A stretch of DNA of 64,000 nt, taken from positions 124,001 through 188,000 of the forward strand of contig NIVC01000194.1 of assembly GCA_002269645.1 (NCBI GenBank), given 5' to 3'. The translations under genes and the position numbers were made by a program. How positions within the stretch are numbered: the first letter of the stretch is position 1; each line of letters opens with the position of its first letter. The notes below the pieces were generated by a model. That model made no database searches. It was given only the letters and a program-made list of their open reading frames with translations, and was not told the origin of the DNA. This DNA is from Macrostomum lignano (lineage: Eukaryota). Of the stretch, positions 61,311 to 64,000 are shown one piece after another.

Positions 61311-63630
61311 ATGACCCACAAGGACGACCCTCAGCAGGAGGACGAGGCGGCCGTCTCACCCGCCGGCTCGGCCTCCGAGCTGCAGCAGAAGCGGCCGGAT
61401 ACCGCCGAGGATCCCCGGCCGCCGGGGAGCCCCCAGCGGCCGAGGAGCCCCAGCGGCCGAGGAGCCCCAGCGGCCGAGCCCGAGGCTGGCGAGGAAGAGG
61501 AATTTGCTGATGAAGAGGCGGTTGAACCGCAGGAGCCGCCGCCGCCCACCGCCATGGAGGAGATGAAGGAAATCCTGGTGGGCCTCACGGATGAAGGACT
61601 GGACCGGCTGCACGAGCTCATCCCGCAGCTGTCCGAGGCTGAGGTCAACTTCAAGGATAAGAACGGCAACGGCTGGCTGCACTGGCTAACGGTGTCCAAG
61701 AACCTGCAGTCGCTGGACCCCGGCCGGCTGGTGTCCTTGGTGTACGCGTACTCGCTTGCGGGCATCAACTACAACATGCGCAACCTCACTAAGAACACCG
61801 CGCTGCACTTTGCCGTGGCCTGCTCGGCTCCGCTGCCCCTCATCAATGCGCTGCTCAAGGTGAGTCAATCTGAGTGAACCTAGGATGGAATTGCCGGTGT
61901 TTTCAGGGCTGTACATGTGCGAACGCAGGCACTCAGCGGTGTACATCTGCCCTCCTTGGAACTGTCTACCTTGGTGGCTGTCCCTCGTGGGTTTAAAGTC
62001 TTAAAATCCCTTTGTATTGTTTGGAGAGGAGCTTCAGGCAATGCCGCAAATCATAGCGAAATTTGACCTTGACTTTCTCCTTGTCAGGCATGTGCACCAC
62101 TCTGTGCCCTTAGGGGTTGGCCTCATGGGCCTCATGTGCCGCTGTAATTTGGCACGAGGCCAATCTCTCCCATTGACTACATGTGCTTCTGGTGGTCCCT
62201 GACAAATGACATTAGAATAAACATCTTCGCACCCCTGCCGCCGTAGATCGGGGTGGACCCCGGCTTTGCCAACAGCAAGGGCCGCACAGCTCGCACGTGC
62301 ACCACCAACCGCGCCGTGCTGAAGACCCTGGAGATGTTCACGCCGCCCCTGGACGAGGCAATCAAGGAGGGTGACATGCAGCAAGTGGCCGAGCTGGTCT
62401 CCTACTGGGTGAAGGTGACCAACTATCACCTGGACATCTCCAAGCGGCACCCGGAGATTCGCGACTACCTTGTTGAGATGCGCCCGACCGTGACGCTGGT
62501 GCACCGCTGCCTGGCTGGTGACGCCTCGGCTCTTCGGGCCGCACTGGAGGAGAACCCGGACCTGCGGCTGGACCTGTATGACGAGAGCCGCCTGAACGAG
62601 GACGGCAGCGCTGATCGGCAGCCACTGCTGCGGCAGCTCATCGACTGTCAGTACAGCCTGGAGGCTGCGCAGCTGCTGCTGGAGCGGACCAGGCCGGATG
62701 TGGACTTCCAGGTCCGCTTCCGGGAAGATGAGGAGGATGGCAGCATGATGGTGCCGTTCTGGATTGCCTTCAAGGTGAGTGCCTGCCGCGTGGGCTCTGC
62801 TTGCCGTGTGGGGAGGCGGTTGAGCTCTGCGTGTGGGGAGGCGGTTGAGCTCTGCGTGTGGGGAGGCGGCAGAGCTCTGCTTGTGGGGAGGCAGCTGAGC
62901 TCTGCTTGCCGTGTGGGAGGCGGCTGAGCTCTGCTTGTGGGGAGGCAGCTGAGCTCTGCTTGCCGTGTGGGGAGGCGGCTGAGCTCTGCGTGTGGGGAGG
63001 CGGCTGAGCTCTGCTTGTGGGGAGGCAGCTGAGCTCTGCTTGCCGTGTGGGGAGGCGGCTGAGCTCTGCGTGTGGGGAGGCAGCTCAGCTCTGCTTGCCG
63101 TGTGGGGAGGCGGTCTGGAGAGACTGCGTGTCAAAAGAGCTCGAATTCCTGACTGACGCAGCTTAAATTTACTCAACAGGCCTCGAACCACGTCAACAAG
63201 GACATCCTGCTGCCGCTGGTGCAGAACTGCGTGGACTACAAGACCTCCTTGGCCTCTCTGGACCACGAGATCATGCTGGCCTTCCTTGCCCAGGAGCGAG
63301 AGATCTTCGACCACCTGGTGAAGATGGGCTACCAGTTCTGGAAGCCGGACAGCCGGATGCGCACCCTGGCTGATCAGGCCATGCTGAACGAGCTGAAGCG
63401 GCGCGACGAGTTCGACGCCTCCGCCATTCTCGACTCGCTAGAGGAGCTGGACGCCGCCCTGCTGCCGGCTCTGCGGGCGATGTCCGACGAGGAGCTCCGG
63501 GCGACCTGCCTGGGCACCGGCTACTGGCCGTGCATCGGCTGGCGGAACCTCGCCAAGCTGCGACACAGCAAGGCCAAGGCGGACAAGAAGCTGGCACAGC
63601 GGCTGGAGCAGATCGAGAAAGTCTGGGTGG
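61311..63630 (+). CDS. Protein with degenerate ankyrin repeats; 3' end uncertain and probably beyond the window
   Basis: Exons 61311-61859, 62247-62774 and 63180 to about 63621/63630 join in phase 0. Ankyrin-like segments include VNFKDKNGNGWLHW, NYNMRNLTKNTALHFAV and GVDPGFANSKGRTA, after an acidic/proline-rich N-terminus. Confidence 0.72.
61927..62113 (-). mobile_element. SINE-like hairpin body, copy 4, interrupted by about 110 bp
   Basis: AGCGGTGTACAT...[insert]...CCTTGACTTTCTCCTTGTCAGGCATGTGCACCACTCTGTGCCCTTAG. Confidence 0.45.
62790..63110. repeat. Intronic minisatellite (GAGCTCTGCTTGCCGTGTGGGGAGGCGGCT and shorter variants)n
   Basis: Direct. Confidence 0.92.
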
Positions 63631-64000
63631 GTAAACAGCGTGGGTTAATACTGTATAATGCCTCGTCAGCTAAAAAGTTTCTGTTATCAATTCATTAATA
63701 GAGTTGACTTTACGCTTGAGGAGCCGAATGCCACCAGGCTTCCCATTTCCTATTCCCACAGCTATCCCATCCAACCGGCTTCCCAATGCAGTGGGAATAC
63801 TGTCTCACAACAGGAAAAGTTGACAATGAGAATTTTTTCTCAGTACAAAGGAGAGAGGAGTGGGGGATGAACTGCATCGACCCGCCATTATTGCCGATTT
63901 CGCATCCCACGCGCAACCCCCATCTCTGCATCTCTGCTCCCCATCTGCTCCCCGGCAGGTGGGAGGCCGTGCCTGTCAGCAAAGCGGCTCCTCAGCCAGT

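Overview
This is eukaryotic, intron-rich animal DNA. It has GC3-rich exons, GT-AG introns that nearly all carry their own minisatellite, and (TTAGGG)-like repeats. A flatworm such as Macrostomum is my best guess; this is inference from composition and a GYHFFRL-type neuropeptide. I built gene models by hand from splice sites and reading phase: (1) the 3' part of a SHIP2/INPPL1-like inositol 5-phosphatase with a SAM domain (+, <665-10997); (2) nested antisense in its 7-kb intron, a complete-looking 10-exon, 1004-aa gene with five kettin-like Ig domains and a (QQQFAPGQQP)n tail (-); (3) a single-ORF RNF217-like RBR E3 ligase (+); (4) a small neuropeptide prohormone absent as a whole from the ORF track (+); (5) LMBRD2, with one apparent 1-bp frameshift (+); (6) a NOVA/pasilla three-KH RNA-binding protein with a GC-AG intron and YCAY-rich intronic arrays (-); (7) an RNF13/RNF167-like PA-TM-RING ligase (+), divergent from NOVA; (8) an orphan ORF; (9) an ankyrin-repeat gene that probably runs off the window. 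Mobile DNA includes a decayed mariner, four non-autonomous DNA elements with intact TIRs and TSDs, a four-copy SINE-like hairpin family, and a ~5.8-kb nested palindrome. Most long ORFs in the supplied track are artefacts of satellites or GC-rich antisense frames. No CRISPR, rRNA or intact tRNA was seen.
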